Shown: in pieces, positions 19,337-28,966 of the stretch
Layout: each line of letters starts with the position of its first letter
How positions within the stretch are numbered: the stretch's first letter is position 1
Source: an uncultured delta proteobacterium
Lineage (GTDB): Bacteria; Desulfobacterota; Zymogenia; Zymogenales; Zymogenaceae
Length of the DNA: 64,000 nt
Assembly: GCA_963735595.1 (NCBI GenBank)
Contig: CAVTLK010000004.1
Location: forward strand, 128,001-192,000
Direction of reading: 5' to 3'
Made by a program: the position numbers and the translations under genes
Notes under the pieces: model-generated
Told to the model about the DNA's origin: nothing
Seen by the model: the letters and a program-made list of their open reading frames with translations, nothing else
Databases searched by the model: none

Positions 19337-20005
19337 CTAATCCTTCAACATATATCCCACGCCCCGAACCGTCTGCAGCAGCTTCTTAGGATAGTCCTTA
19401 TCGATTTTGTTCCTGAGATAGTTGATATAGACGTCGATGACATTGGTGAAGGTATCGAATTTTATACTCCACACGTGCTCCGATATCATGGTACGGGTGA
19501 GGATTCTCCCGGGGTTCCTCATGAAATACTCGAGCAATGAATACTCCTTGGTGGTCAGGGATATCTCCTTGCCCTGGCGGGTGACCTTCCGGGTGACCGG
19601 GTCGAGCTCAAGGTCGGCCACGATAAGCTTGAGGCTTTCCTCCGGCCGGCCGCGTCTGAGCAGCGCCCGGACACGGGCTAGAAGCTCCTCGAAGGAGAAG
19701 GGCTTGGTCACGTAATCGTCGGCCCCCATATCCAGGCCCTTCACCTTATCATTGACCATATCCTTTGCCGTCAGGAGTATCACGGGAACGCCCTTTTTTG
19801 TTTTCCTGATATGGGCAAGGACGGACAGCCCGTCCAGCTTCGGCAGCATTATGTCCAAAAGCACCATGTCATAATCATAGACGTCCACCATGGATACCGC
19901 TTCCTCGCCATCGGCGGCCACGTCTACCGCGTACGATTCCTCCTCAAACCCCCGTTTGATGAACGATGCTACCTTCGCCTCGTCCTCGACAACCAGAAGT
20001 CTCAC
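19337..20005 (-). CDS. OmpR-family response regulator (CusR/CopR-like)
   Basis: VVEDE, LLDIMLP, GADDYVTKPF and winged-helix TVRGVGY. Confidence 0.95.
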   Translation of the reverse strand: MRLLVVEDEAKVASFIKRGFEEESYAVDVAADGEEAVSMVDVYDYDMVLLDIMLPKLDGLSVLAHIRKTKKGVPVILLTAKDMVNDKVKGLDMGADDYVTKPFSFEELLARVRALLRRGRPEESLKLIVADLELDPVTRKVTRQGKEISLTTKEYSLLEYFMRNPGRILTRTMISEHVWSIKFDTFTNVIDVYINYLRNKIDKDYPKKLLQTVRGVGYMLKD

Positions 20006-20234
20006 GGCAGTCTCCGTACTAACTAATAAATTAAAAAGGGTTTTAATGCCCGCATTATCTTTTTATTATAACCCTTTTCCCCTGAATTACAAATCATTTT
20101 CTCCCGCCGCCGCCAATTAGCCCGACCTACCCGGACCCTTTCCTGTTCACAGATCACCGCGCGAGGGAGAGAACACGGAATTTGAAAGCGCGCGGCCGGT
20201 ACTAATGACCGATAGGGATAAGCAGAGACAACCG

Positions 20235-20263
20235 TTGACTTTTATCAGATTGTATATTAATCT
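20235..20263 (+). promoter_or_regulatory. Putative sigma-70 promoter of the sigma-54 activator gene
   Basis: TTGACT-17 nt-TAATCT in the AT-rich intergenic region. Confidence 0.45.
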
Positions 20264-20449
20264 AAACAACATAAAAATACCCGGTCAGATCCGCACGCAC
20301 TTGAATGCGGTTTCTTACTTACCTGCGTTGAGCCCGCGGCCGTAACGGGCGGCCGGTATCAACCTTATGGGTTCTCCGGAACCGACCTTGCGTGCCAATG
20401 CTCTTCATACGGTGCGGGTCACAAGACCCGTCCCCCGGCGGGGAGACCG

Positions 20450-23254
20450 ATGCAGGAATTCAGCACGATCCTCATAGCGGACGACGAGCAGGGTATACAC
20501 GAGCTGTTCTCTTCGTTCCTTACCGGCCCCGAGTATCGTCTGCTGTTTGCCGATAACGGAAAAGACGCCGTAGAGGCCGCCTTTACGCACGCTCCCGATC
20601 TCGTCCTGCTGGATGTCATGATGCCAGAGATGGACGGTTTCGAGGCATGTCGCCGTTTGCGGAGCGATCCCCGGACCAAAGAGATTCCCATCCTCATCAT
20701 TACGGCCCTTTACGATCACCGCTCCCGCCTCAAAGGAATTGAGGCTGGGGCCGACGATTTTATCTCAAAACCGTTCGATTTCGAAGAGCTGTCGGCCCGT
20801 ATCAGGAGCATTACGCGTCTCAACCGGTACCGCATCCTGCTGTCGGAGCGCATGAAGTTCGAGCGTCTGTTTGACCTCTCACCGGACGGCATCGTTATCG
20901 TTGACTCCGACCATAATATTACGTTAGCCAATCCCGCCATGCTTCGAATGATTGATGCGCGGGACGAATTCGGCCCGATCGGCCGGCCGGTCTCGGCGCT
21001 GATTGCGCCTGACGAGGCGGCCTCATTCCGTACGGTCCTGTCAGCCGTTCCCGGGAAACCGATCCAGTCGCGGATAGAGACCGTTTTTGTCCGGAGCGAC
21101 GGCGCCCGATTTCCTGTTGAAATCAGCGTGGGCGACCTACTCTATGAGGGAGACCAGGCTCTCTACCTCATCGTCAGGGATATCACCGAACGCAAGCGCT
21201 TTGAAGACCACCTCAGCCGATCCGAGCAAAGATATCGCGACCTCATCGAAAAGATTCAGGACCTCGTGTATGTCACCGACGGCAGGGGAACGGTTCTGTT
21301 CCTCAACGACGCCATGGAGCGATCCTTCGGCTATACGAAAGAGGAAATTATCGGAAGGACGTTTATGGAGTTCATCGCACCGGAAGACCGCCCATCGGCC
21401 GAAGAATTGTTCAAGAGGCAGTTGGCTAATCAAGACGTCGGCACCTTTGAGCTTTCCTTTATCAGCAAGGAGGGCCGTCGAATCATTATGGAGCTGCACG
21501 AGCGCCTCACCTGGGACGATCATACGGTCATAGAGGTCCACGGGATTGGTCGGGACATTACCGAGCGCAAGCGGATCCAGGAAGAACTCCGGAAATCCGA
21601 AGAGCGGTTCAGCAACCTCTTCGAGACATCCAGAGATGTCATCTTTATTTGCGACGGCCGCGGCCGCTTCATCGATATTAATCCCGCGGGCCAGGTGCTC
21701 CTCAACTATTCACGGGAGGAAATCCTCTCACTGGACTTCGCGGATATCTGCGCGGACCGGCGCGACCCGGATCGTCTCAACGCGGCCATGGACGAAAGCG
21801 GCTTCGCAAAAGACTTCGACCTTTCTGTCAGGGGTAAGGATCGAACGACGATAGACTGTCTGATCACGGTCACCCGGACAAGCGATCCAGCCGAAAACAG
21901 CGGCGGTTTTCAGGGGATTATCAAGGACATAACCGAGAAGAAGCGATTCGTCGACCTTACCCTGGACGGCATCAAAGAGGGTGTCTTTACCGTTGACAAA
22001 GAATGGAAGATCCGTTACGTCAACTCCGGCGCCGAGGAAATCATGAGAATAACCCGGGAAGATTCGATCGGGAAAAGCTTCTTTGATGTCTTTACCCTGG
22101 ATCGCGACGAAGACGAAACGGCGTTGACACGGATCATCGAATCAAACGAACATATTATCGGGAAAAAGATCATCCTTGCCGGCGCCAGGGGCGCAAGGAT
22201 TCCCGCGGCTATTTCGGGTGCCGCCCTCAGCGACAGGAACGGGGTGATTACGGGCGCCGTGATGATATTTCGTGATCTGTCGGCCATTGAGGCCCTGAAA
22301 AAAGAAATCGAATCGGGCTATACCTTCGAAGATATCATCAGCAAGAATCATCGAATCCGGGAGATATTCTCCATCCTGCCCGATATATCGGAAAGCGGCA
22401 GCACCGTGCTTATCGAGGGCCCAAGCGGCACCGGCAAGGAGCTCTTCGCCCGGGCGATCCACAACCTCTCGCCCCGAAGGACCGGACCGTTTATTGCGAT
22501 CAACTGCTCGGCGATACCCGAAACGCTGCTCGAATCGGAGCTCTTCGGGTATGTCAAAGGTGCCTTCACCAATGCGCTGACCGACAAACCCGGGCGTTTT
22601 GCCCTGGCCGAAGGCGGTACATTGTTTCTGGACGAGATAGGGGATCTTCCTAAATCTCTTCAGGTGAAGCTCCTGAGGGTCCTCGAGGAGCGGGAGTATG
22701 AACCGCTGGGGGCGGTCGCCAGTATCAAGACCGACGCCCGGATCATCGCGTCGACCAACCGCAGTATTGCACAGGAGATAGCCGCCGGCGCTTTTCGGGA
22801 AGACCTTTTCTACCGGCTCAATGTCCTGAAGATCAGCCTCCCCCGGTTGAAGGAGCGCAGAGAGGACATCCCGCTGCTCATCGACTATTTCCTGCGAAAA
22901 TTTGCGGGCTCCATGGGTAAAAATATCTCCGCGGTGTCCGAGGAAGTCCTCGCGTTTCTCATGGGCTACGATTTCCCCGGTAACGTCCGCGAGCTGGAGA
23001 ACATCGTCGAGCATGCCTGTGTGCTCTGCCGGCATGACGTCATTTCTATGGAGCATCTTCCAAAGGAGCTGACCGACGGCCTCCGGACACCCGAGCCGAT
23101 GACTGCCCTCAAGGACCGTGTCATGGACTCCGAAAAGGAGCTTATCAGGGCGATTCTGGCCCAGCACAATGGAGACAGGGCTAAAGCGGCCCACGCGCTG
23201 AACATCGGAAGAACCAGCCTCTGGAGAAAGATGAAGAAATACCGCCTGCTATGA
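20450..23254 (+). CDS. Sigma-54-dependent transcriptional activator: REC + 4 PAS + AAA+ + Fis-type HTH
   Basis: REC (ADDE, LLDVMMP, FISKP); repeated PAS ends RDITERKR/KDITEKKR; GPSGTGKE, ESELFG, GAFTNA, LFLDEIG, FREDLFYRL, PGNVRELEN; C-terminal AAHALNIGRTSLWRKMK. Confidence 0.95.
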   Translation: MQEFSTILIADDEQGIHELFSSFLTGPEYRLLFADNGKDAVEAAFTHAPDLVLLDVMMPEMDGFEACRRLRSDPRTKEIPILIITALYDHRSRLKGIEAGADDFISKPFDFEELSARIRSITRLNRYRILLSERMKFERLFDLSPDGIVIVDSDHNITLANPAMLRMIDARDEFGPIGRPVSALIAPDEAASFRTVLSAVPGKPIQSRIETVFVRSDGARFPVEISVGDLLYEGDQALYLIVRDITERKRFEDHLSRSEQRYRDLIEKIQDLVYVTDGRGTVLFLNDAMERSFGYTKEEIIGRTFMEFIAPEDRPSAEELFKRQLANQDVGTFELSFISKEGRRIIMELHERLTWDDHTVIEVHGIGRDITERKRIQEELRKSEERFSNLFETSRDVIFICDGRGRFIDINPAGQVLLNYSREEILSLDFADICADRRDPDRLNAAMDESGFAKDFDLSVRGKDRTTIDCLITVTRTSDPAENSGGFQGIIKDITEKKRFVDLTLDGIKEGVFTVDKEWKIRYVNSGAEEIMRITREDSIGKSFFDVFTLDRDEDETALTRIIESNEHIIGKKIILAGARGARIPAAISGAALSDRNGVITGAVMIFRDLSAIEALKKEIESGYTFEDIISKNHRIREIFSILPDISESGSTVLIEGPSGTGKELFARAIHNLSPRRTGPFIAINCSAIPETLLESELFGYVKGAFTNALTDKPGRFALAEGGTLFLDEIGDLPKSLQVKLLRVLEEREYEPLGAVASIKTDARIIASTNRSIAQEIAAGAFREDLFYRLNVLKISLPRLKERREDIPLLIDYFLRKFAGSMGKNISAVSEEVLAFLMGYDFPGNVRELENIVEHACVLCRHDVISMEHLPKELTDGLRTPEPMTALKDRVMDSEKELIRAILAQHNGDRAKAAHALNIGRTSLWRKMKKYRLL

Positions 23255-23323
23255 CCATCCCCCGCGGCCGACCCGCACCGGATCGCCGGCTCGGGTAGTA
23301 AACACCCACTCATTTCTCCCAAG

Positions 23324-23524
23324 CGTCCCACATATGGAACATATCGAGGAACGGAATGTTTCATTAACGGAACAAGCCGCTTTCCCTATGCCCGTCTGCG
23401 TTAACAACGGTGGTTGTGTATCGGCCCGGATTCATTAGTTATTTTCCGCACACCCGATTCCCGGATATTCCCAATAGAATGCTACGGTACTCTACCGCTT
23501 TAGAGATGTTCCATTAGTGGAACG
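23324..23524. promoter_or_regulatory. Three 18-bp imperfect palindromes (TGTTYC-N6-GGAACA), putative upstream activator sites
   Basis: CGTCCCACATATGGAACA (23324-23341), TGTTTCATTAACGGAACA (23357-23374), TGTTCCATTAGTGGAACG (23507-23524). Confidence 0.7.
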
Positions 23525-23613
23525 CTATGCCTCCCGGGGAATGACGGACTATTATCACTCGCGCAACATATTGTAATTATTAGCTTTTAGTCGTGATGTT
23601 TTTATGTATGGTG

Positions 23614-23629
23614 TGGCATAACAATTGCT
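23614..23629 (+). promoter_or_regulatory. Sigma-54 (-24/-12) promoter
   Basis: TGGCATAACAATTGCT is nearly the TGGCAC-N5-TTGCW consensus; IHF-core-like CAACATATTG at 23564-23573. Confidence 0.85.
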
Positions 23630-23712
23630 TTATAAGGTACCGTCGCAAGGTACGTAACGGGTTGTATGCACGAGCCATATATTCGATCTAATGATAGAAA
23701 GGAGGCAACATC

Positions 23713-24615
23713 ATGGGACATCAAAATACGGTAGAATGGAACTTGGAGAACGGCACGATCACCCTGCATAACGAAAAGGCGGACCACCGCCTGCTTCTCA
23801 AGCGCTATGACTTCGTCTTTTCCTTCTTCGATGAAATGAACCGGGTGCTCGGTAATGTGCCGGTCATGATGATTTTCAGAAAAACCCTCGAAAAGTGCGG
23901 CGCGCCGAAAGATATCCTGGAAAACGCCAGTCTCGAATCAGCGGGAAAATTCGTCGACAGCCTGATAGTCCCGGTTGATATTCAAAACAGCGCCCTTCCA
24001 GACGACGTTTCCTGGGACGGCAAGACCCGTAACCTTGACTTCTTCGGGTCGACACATTGGCGCGTGCTTCCCCTGTCGTTTATCCAGAGCTTCCGGGAGG
24101 CACTTTATGAGGTCCTCACCGAAAACGGGACAAAGGCCATCGTCCGCGAGGCGACAAAGAAAGCAGGGATAGGGATGGCGACCCAGGCGCTGGAAAACTA
24201 CAAATGGAAGACCATTGAAGAAATCGTTGCCAATCAGGACGAGAAAATCTATCTCGGCACGTTCGCGCATGCCGGCTGGTCTCATTCCCGCGTCTTCTCA
24301 AAGAAGACCGATGACGGCAATTATATGTTCCTCGCAAAGATTTCCAACTCCTACGAATCGGAAGGCGTCACGGGACGCACGAGACCGATCTGCGATTGGC
24401 TCATGAGCTACATGGACGGCTTCTACAACGGCGTTATCAATTCGATCTCGGGCAAGTTCATCGAGACCAGGGAAGTACGCTGCCGGGCAATGGGAGACCC
24501 CTACTGCGCCTTTGCACATAAGATCAAGGATAACAAGAAGGATATCCTGGATTGGAAGGAGCTGGAAGGTACCTGGATGGAGCTGGACGCGATCAAGCTG
24601 TCTTCGGCGGCGTAA
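23713..24615 (+). CDS. Stand-alone V4R-domain protein (copy 1)
   Basis: C-terminal SNSYES...PICDWLMSYMDG...EVRCRAMGDPYCAF V4R signature; AGGAGG RBS. Confidence 0.82.
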   Translation: MGHQNTVEWNLENGTITLHNEKADHRLLLKRYDFVFSFFDEMNRVLGNVPVMMIFRKTLEKCGAPKDILENASLESAGKFVDSLIVPVDIQNSALPDDVSWDGKTRNLDFFGSTHWRVLPLSFIQSFREALYEVLTENGTKAIVREATKKAGIGMATQALENYKWKTIEEIVANQDEKIYLGTFAHAGWSHSRVFSKKTDDGNYMFLAKISNSYESEGVTGRTRPICDWLMSYMDGFYNGVINSISGKFIETREVRCRAMGDPYCAFAHKIKDNKKDILDWKELEGTWMELDAIKLSSAA

Positions 24616-24757
24616 TCGATACCGGCGGTGAGATACGTTCCTGTGGTGAGCCCGGCGAGGCCGGCCGCTTTATATCCCGCGGCTAAGGATCTTAAAATTA
24701 TAAGCCGTGCACGTGAGCTATATAGACGTCATCTAACAATCAAAAGGAGTCAGAATC

Positions 24758-25660
24758 ATGGGACATCAGAACACGGTAGAATGGAACCTGAAGGACGGTA
24801 CGATTACGCTGCATAATGGGAAGGCTGATCACCGCCTACTACTCAAGCGTTACGACTTCATCTTTTCCTTCGTCGATGAGATGAACCGGGTACTCGGTAA
24901 TGTGCCGGTCATAATGATTTTCAGGAAGACCCTCGAAAAGTGCGGTGCCCCGCAACGGTATCTGGAAAACGTAACCATTGCGGGCGCGGGGGAATTCGTC
25001 GACAGCCTGGTTGTCCCGGTGGATATTCAAAAGAGCATCATTCCCGATAGCATTTCCTGGGACGGTAAAACCAGGACCCTCGATTTTATGGGTACGACCC
25101 ACTGGCGCGTGCTCCCCGTCTCGTTTATCCGAAATTTCAGGGAGGCGCTCTACGAGGTCCTCACGGAAAACGGGACAAAGGCCATCCTCCGCGAGGCGAC
25201 GAAGAAGGCCGGCCTGGGGATGGCGACCCAGGCGCTGGAAACCTACCGGTGGAAGACTGTTGAAGACCTTGTCGCCAATCAGGATGAGCGGCTTTATCTC
25301 GAGGCCTTTTCACATGCCGGCTGGTCCCATTCCCGGGTCTTCTCAAAAAAGAACAAGGACGACAATTACCTGTTCCTGGCAAAAATATCCAACACCTATG
25401 AATCGGAAGGCGTTACGGGACGCACGAGACCGATCTGCGATTGGCTCATGAGCTATATGGACGGTTTCTACAACGGGATGGTCAATACGCTCTCAGGCAA
25501 GTTCGTTGAGACCAGGGAGGTGCGCTGCCGCGCGATGGGAGATCCCTACTGCGCCTTTGCCCACAAGGTCAAGGACAATAAAAAGGATATCCTGGACTGG
25601 AAGGAGCTGGAGGGCGACTGGAAGGAGCTGGACGCGATCAAGCTGTCTTCGGCGGCGTAG
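24758..25660 (+). CDS. Stand-alone V4R-domain protein (copy 2, tandem paralog)
   Basis: Same length (300 aa), colinear and highly similar to copy 1. Confidence 0.82.
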   Translation: MGHQNTVEWNLKDGTITLHNGKADHRLLLKRYDFIFSFVDEMNRVLGNVPVIMIFRKTLEKCGAPQRYLENVTIAGAGEFVDSLVVPVDIQKSIIPDSISWDGKTRTLDFMGTTHWRVLPVSFIRNFREALYEVLTENGTKAILREATKKAGLGMATQALETYRWKTVEDLVANQDERLYLEAFSHAGWSHSRVFSKKNKDDNYLFLAKISNTYESEGVTGRTRPICDWLMSYMDGFYNGMVNTLSGKFVETREVRCRAMGDPYCAFAHKVKDNKKDILDWKELEGDWKELDAIKLSSAA

Positions 25661-25673
25661 CGGACCATCACAA

Positions 25674-25730
25674 GGGGATGCCTTCGGTTGGGGGCCTTGC
25701 GCGGCACCATCCAAGCGTCCCCGTTTTTTT
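25674..25730 (+). terminator. Putative terminator after the V4R pair
   Basis: GGGGATGC...GCGTCCCC stem followed by a T run. Confidence 0.5.
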
Positions 25731-25741
25731 ATCCGGGCTAT

Positions 25742-26779
25742 CTAAGGTGGCCCGGCGGTGCAGCCCGCCGCCAGCTGGCCGCAGGCGGCGGCGATATCGC
25801 CCCCCTTGCTCTTCCTGATGATGGCGTTGAGGTGTGCGGAAATCAGGATCTCCTGAAACGCGAACACCCGGGAGTCGTCCGGACGGTCAAACCGCGCGTC
25901 CGTAAACGCGTTAAAGGGGATGAGGTTGATCTTGACCGGGATCCCCTTTACGAGGCGCGCAAGGGCGCGCGCGTGGTCGTCGGTATCGTTTATTCCCTTG
26001 AGGAGCACGTATTCGATGGTGATCCGCCGCCCCCGCTTGAGAGGGTACGCCCTGAGCGCCGCCATGAGGACATCAAGCGGGTACTTTCGGTTGACCGGCA
26101 TGATACGGTCTCTCGTGGGGTCGTCCGGTGCGTTGAGCGAGACCGCGAGGTTAACGAGGACCTCCCGCCCGAGCCGCGCGATCCCTTCCGGTATCCCCGC
26201 CGTCGAGACGGTTACGTGCCGCCACGAGAATGAAAGCCCCCAGTCCGAAAGGATGATGGCAAGCGCCCGGGAAACCTGTTCGTAGTTGAGCAGCGGCTCC
26301 CCCATCCCCATGAAGACGATATTGGTAAGCACGCCGCCGTGTTCACGGAGATAGTTTTGAGCGGCCAGCACCTGGCCGACAATCTCGCCGGAGGTCAGGT
26401 TCCTGGTCAGGCCCAGGCTCCCCGTCACGCAGAAGGCGCAGCCGAGCGCGCAGCCGGCCTGGCTGGAGACGCACAGCGTCGTCCGCTCCTCATCGGGGAT
26501 AATGACAGACTCGATACACGTGCCGTCGGAAAGGCCCAGGAGAAATTTGACCGTCCCGTCGGCCGCCGCTGTCATCCCGCGAACGGACGGGAGCGTGATA
26601 CGGGCATGGTGAGACAGGAGCAAACGAAACGGCGCCGAAAGGTCGGTCATCCGCTCGATGTCGGTGACCCCCTTTTTGTAGATCCACTTCGCGAGCTGAC
26701 GCCCGCGAAAAGGCCTCTCCCCCAGCGACGAGATGAACAGCTCCATCTCATCGGGAAGCATGCCGAATATCTCTTGCAT
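25742..26779 (-). CDS. rlmN: 23S rRNA (A2503-C2)-methyltransferase RlmN
   Basis: CVSSQAGCALGCAFC, VFMGMGEP, IEYVLL, NLIPFN, DIAAACGQL. Confidence 0.96.
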   Translation of the reverse strand: MQEIFGMLPDEMELFISSLGERPFRGRQLAKWIYKKGVTDIERMTDLSAPFRLLLSHHARITLPSVRGMTAAADGTVKFLLGLSDGTCIESVIIPDEERTTLCVSSQAGCALGCAFCVTGSLGLTRNLTSGEIVGQVLAAQNYLREHGGVLTNIVFMGMGEPLLNYEQVSRALAIILSDWGLSFSWRHVTVSTAGIPEGIARLGREVLVNLAVSLNAPDDPTRDRIMPVNRKYPLDVLMAALRAYPLKRGRRITIEYVLLKGINDTDDHARALARLVKGIPVKINLIPFNAFTDARFDRPDDSRVFAFQEILISAHLNAIIRKSKGGDIAAACGQLAAGCTAGPP

Positions 26780-26845
26780 ACGATACCCGCCCACGTTCAT
26801 GCCGAAAAGCGGGTGACACCAAACCGCCGCTCCGCTCACGCCCGC

Positions 26846-27268
26846 TTAGTAGGTGAACTTTTCTATATCCGAGAAGAAATAGGCAATCTCCACGGCCGCC
26901 GTTTCGGGGGCGTCGGAGCCGTGAACGGTGTTGACCTCTATGGAGGTCCCGTGAGCTGCCCTGATCGTCCCCGCGTCCGCCTTCCTGGGGTCGGTGGCCC
27001 CCATGAGCTGGCGGTTCTTCGCGATTGCCCCGTCGCCTTCCAGTATCATGACGACGGAAGGCCCGGAGCTCATGAAATCGGTCAGGCTGCTATAAAACGG
27101 CTTTTCCTTGTGGACGGCGTAAAATCCTTCCGCCTCTCGCTTGCTCATATGGACCATCCGCATCGCCACGACCGATAGCCCCCCTTTTTCGAAGCGTCCG
27201 ATGATGTCCCCGATGATCTTCTTCTTTACCCCGTCGGGCTTGATGATTGAAAGTGTCCGTTCGATCAT
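26846..27268 (-). CDS. ndk: Nucleoside diphosphate kinase
   Basis: [27 protein letters not shown]. Confidence 0.97.
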   Translation of the reverse strand: MIERTLSIIKPDGVKKKIIGDIIGRFEKGGLSVVAMRMVHMSKREAEGFYAVHKEKPFYSSLTDFMSSGPSVVMILEGDGAIAKNRQLMGATDPRKADAGTIRAAHGTSIEVNTVHGSDAPETAAVEIAYFFSDIEKFTY

Positions 27269-27612
27269 TGATCCTCCTTGCTAACTCGCATGTCCGGTGT
27301 CGGCGTAATATAAACCGGTGCGATATACTACCTGCCGCCGATCGATAGGCTCAATAGGCTCCCGTATATCTCCGCACCCGGTAGTGAATGCTCTCCTAAA
27401 ACAGTTATTATATCATACCGGTTCGGGCCTGTCTCTATTTTTCTCGTTTACGCCCTCAGTCGGCCGAGACGTAACGCGTCGGGAAGACCGACGGCCGGAA
27501 ATGGCCGACGGACTATTCTCAGCAGGGAGGATTAGCGAGGGGGGTATACGATCTTACGGATACGCGGGGTTACAGTTTCCACGAAATGATCTGCGCGCAT
27601 GCCAACCAAACG

Positions 27613-27639
27613 CAATAGGTCCAATAGGTCCAATAGGTC
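27613..27639. repeat. Short tandem repeat (CAATAGGTC)x3
   Basis: Three exact copies seen directly, just past the 3' end of the Zn-dehydrogenase gene. Confidence 0.85.
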
Positions 27640-27658
27640 CCGGCGAAACGCGGCACAA

Positions 27659-28867
27659 TTACCGCTGATGGGTCAGCGCCACCTTGACGGCCTGGTGGCG
27701 CTTCTTGTCGAAAAATACCTGTATCGCCTGCCTGAAGTCGGCCATCGGGAAGACGTGGGTGATCATCCCGGAAAAATCGAGCTTTCCCTCGCGGTAGAGC
27801 GTCAGGGCAACGTCAAACGAGCTCATCGATTTGCCCCGGAAGGTCTCCTGCCCGTGGCAGTTGATACCCATGAGCGAAACCTCCTGGTACCAGATCGGCG
27901 TATAGTCGAGCCTTTTGGGCATGAAGTTAATACCGACGACCACCACCGTCGCCCCGGCCCGGGCCCAGCGCAGGCTGTCTGCGATGCTGCGGTCGTTACC
28001 GACGGTGTCATAGATCACGTCAAATCCGCCGATGACCATCTCGTTTCCGAACATCCCCCGATAATACCTGCCGCCGGTCGCATCGGCGACCTTTGTATAG
28101 GCGTCTTTACCCGAGATGACGCCCGCGGCGCCCAGCCGTTTTGCGGCTTCGGCCTGGTGCGGGTAGCGCGCCAGCACCCAGACCTCGGCGCCGGGAGATA
28201 TTGCCTTAAGCACCATGATCATGGTCAGTCCGATCGTGCCGGCCCCCAGTACGAGCACCCGTTCTTTTGCCGCGGGCGGGCGTTTGAGGGCGGCCCGGAC
28301 CGAACAGGCGACCGGCTCTATCAGGATCGCGTCGTGATCCGGGATACCGGGCCCGATCTTAACCAGCTGGCTCTTGTGGGCGACCATAACCGGCGAGAAG
28401 CCTCCCCCCTGGTTATCGGGGGCCCCGTCCCAGCCGGGGGTCTCGCAGAGGAGGTAGTTGCCCCGCCGGCATTCCGGGCACATCGGCCGGGCCTCTTTCT
28501 GATAACAGCTTGGCCAGTCGATCCTGAGGATCACCCGATCGCCCTTCTTGAACTCCTTGGCACCCGCCCCCGACTCGGCTACCTCCCCAACCAGTTCATG
28601 GCCCAGGAACTTGCGTTTAATCGGGGGGACCGCCGCCGGGGCCGTCTTCGGGTCGATCTCCAGGAACATGAAATGGATATCCGATCCGCACAGGCCGCAC
28701 ATCCTGTTATGCACTTTCACCCAGTTGGCGCCGGGAAGCTCGGGCTCAGCGATCTCGGCGTACGAAACCGGCGAAAAACGCGAAAGCGGGGCATTTGGGT
28801 AAACAAGAGAAAGGGCCTTGGTTGCCACTATCCGCTTTATGTCCGAATCGAAATAGAGCGCTTTCAT
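27659..28867 (-). CDS. Zinc-binding (MDR) alcohol dehydrogenase family protein
   Basis: CGLCGSD, GHELVG, structural-Zn Cys cluster, IEPVAC, GAGTIG. Confidence 0.9.
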   Translation of the reverse strand: MKALYFDSDIKRIVATKALSLVYPNAPLSRFSPVSYAEIAEPELPGANWVKVHNRMCGLCGSDIHFMFLEIDPKTAPAAVPPIKRKFLGHELVGEVAESGAGAKEFKKGDRVILRIDWPSCYQKEARPMCPECRRGNYLLCETPGWDGAPDNQGGGFSPVMVAHKSQLVKIGPGIPDHDAILIEPVACSVRAALKRPPAAKERVLVLGAGTIGLTMIMVLKAISPGAEVWVLARYPHQAEAAKRLGAAGVISGKDAYTKVADATGGRYYRGMFGNEMVIGGFDVIYDTVGNDRSIADSLRWARAGATVVVVGINFMPKRLDYTPIWYQEVSLMGINCHGQETFRGKSMSSFDVALTLYREGKLDFSGMITHVFPMADFRQAIQVFFDKKRHQAVKVALTHQR

Positions 28868-28966
28868 ACGTTACTCCCGCAGGATTTGATAGAACGGGAA
28901 CGACAGCGGTATAGGGGGTGTGGTACCGCCTGGATTGTATGGGTCGGCCAGGTGGCCGAATCCGGG

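Noticed and set aside
23357..23524. TGTTTCA...GGAACA palindromes as parS sites for the orphan ParA
   Set aside because: parS is 16 bp with a CACGTG core; these are 18 bp without it and lie upstream of a sigma-54 promoter, which fits activator sites better.
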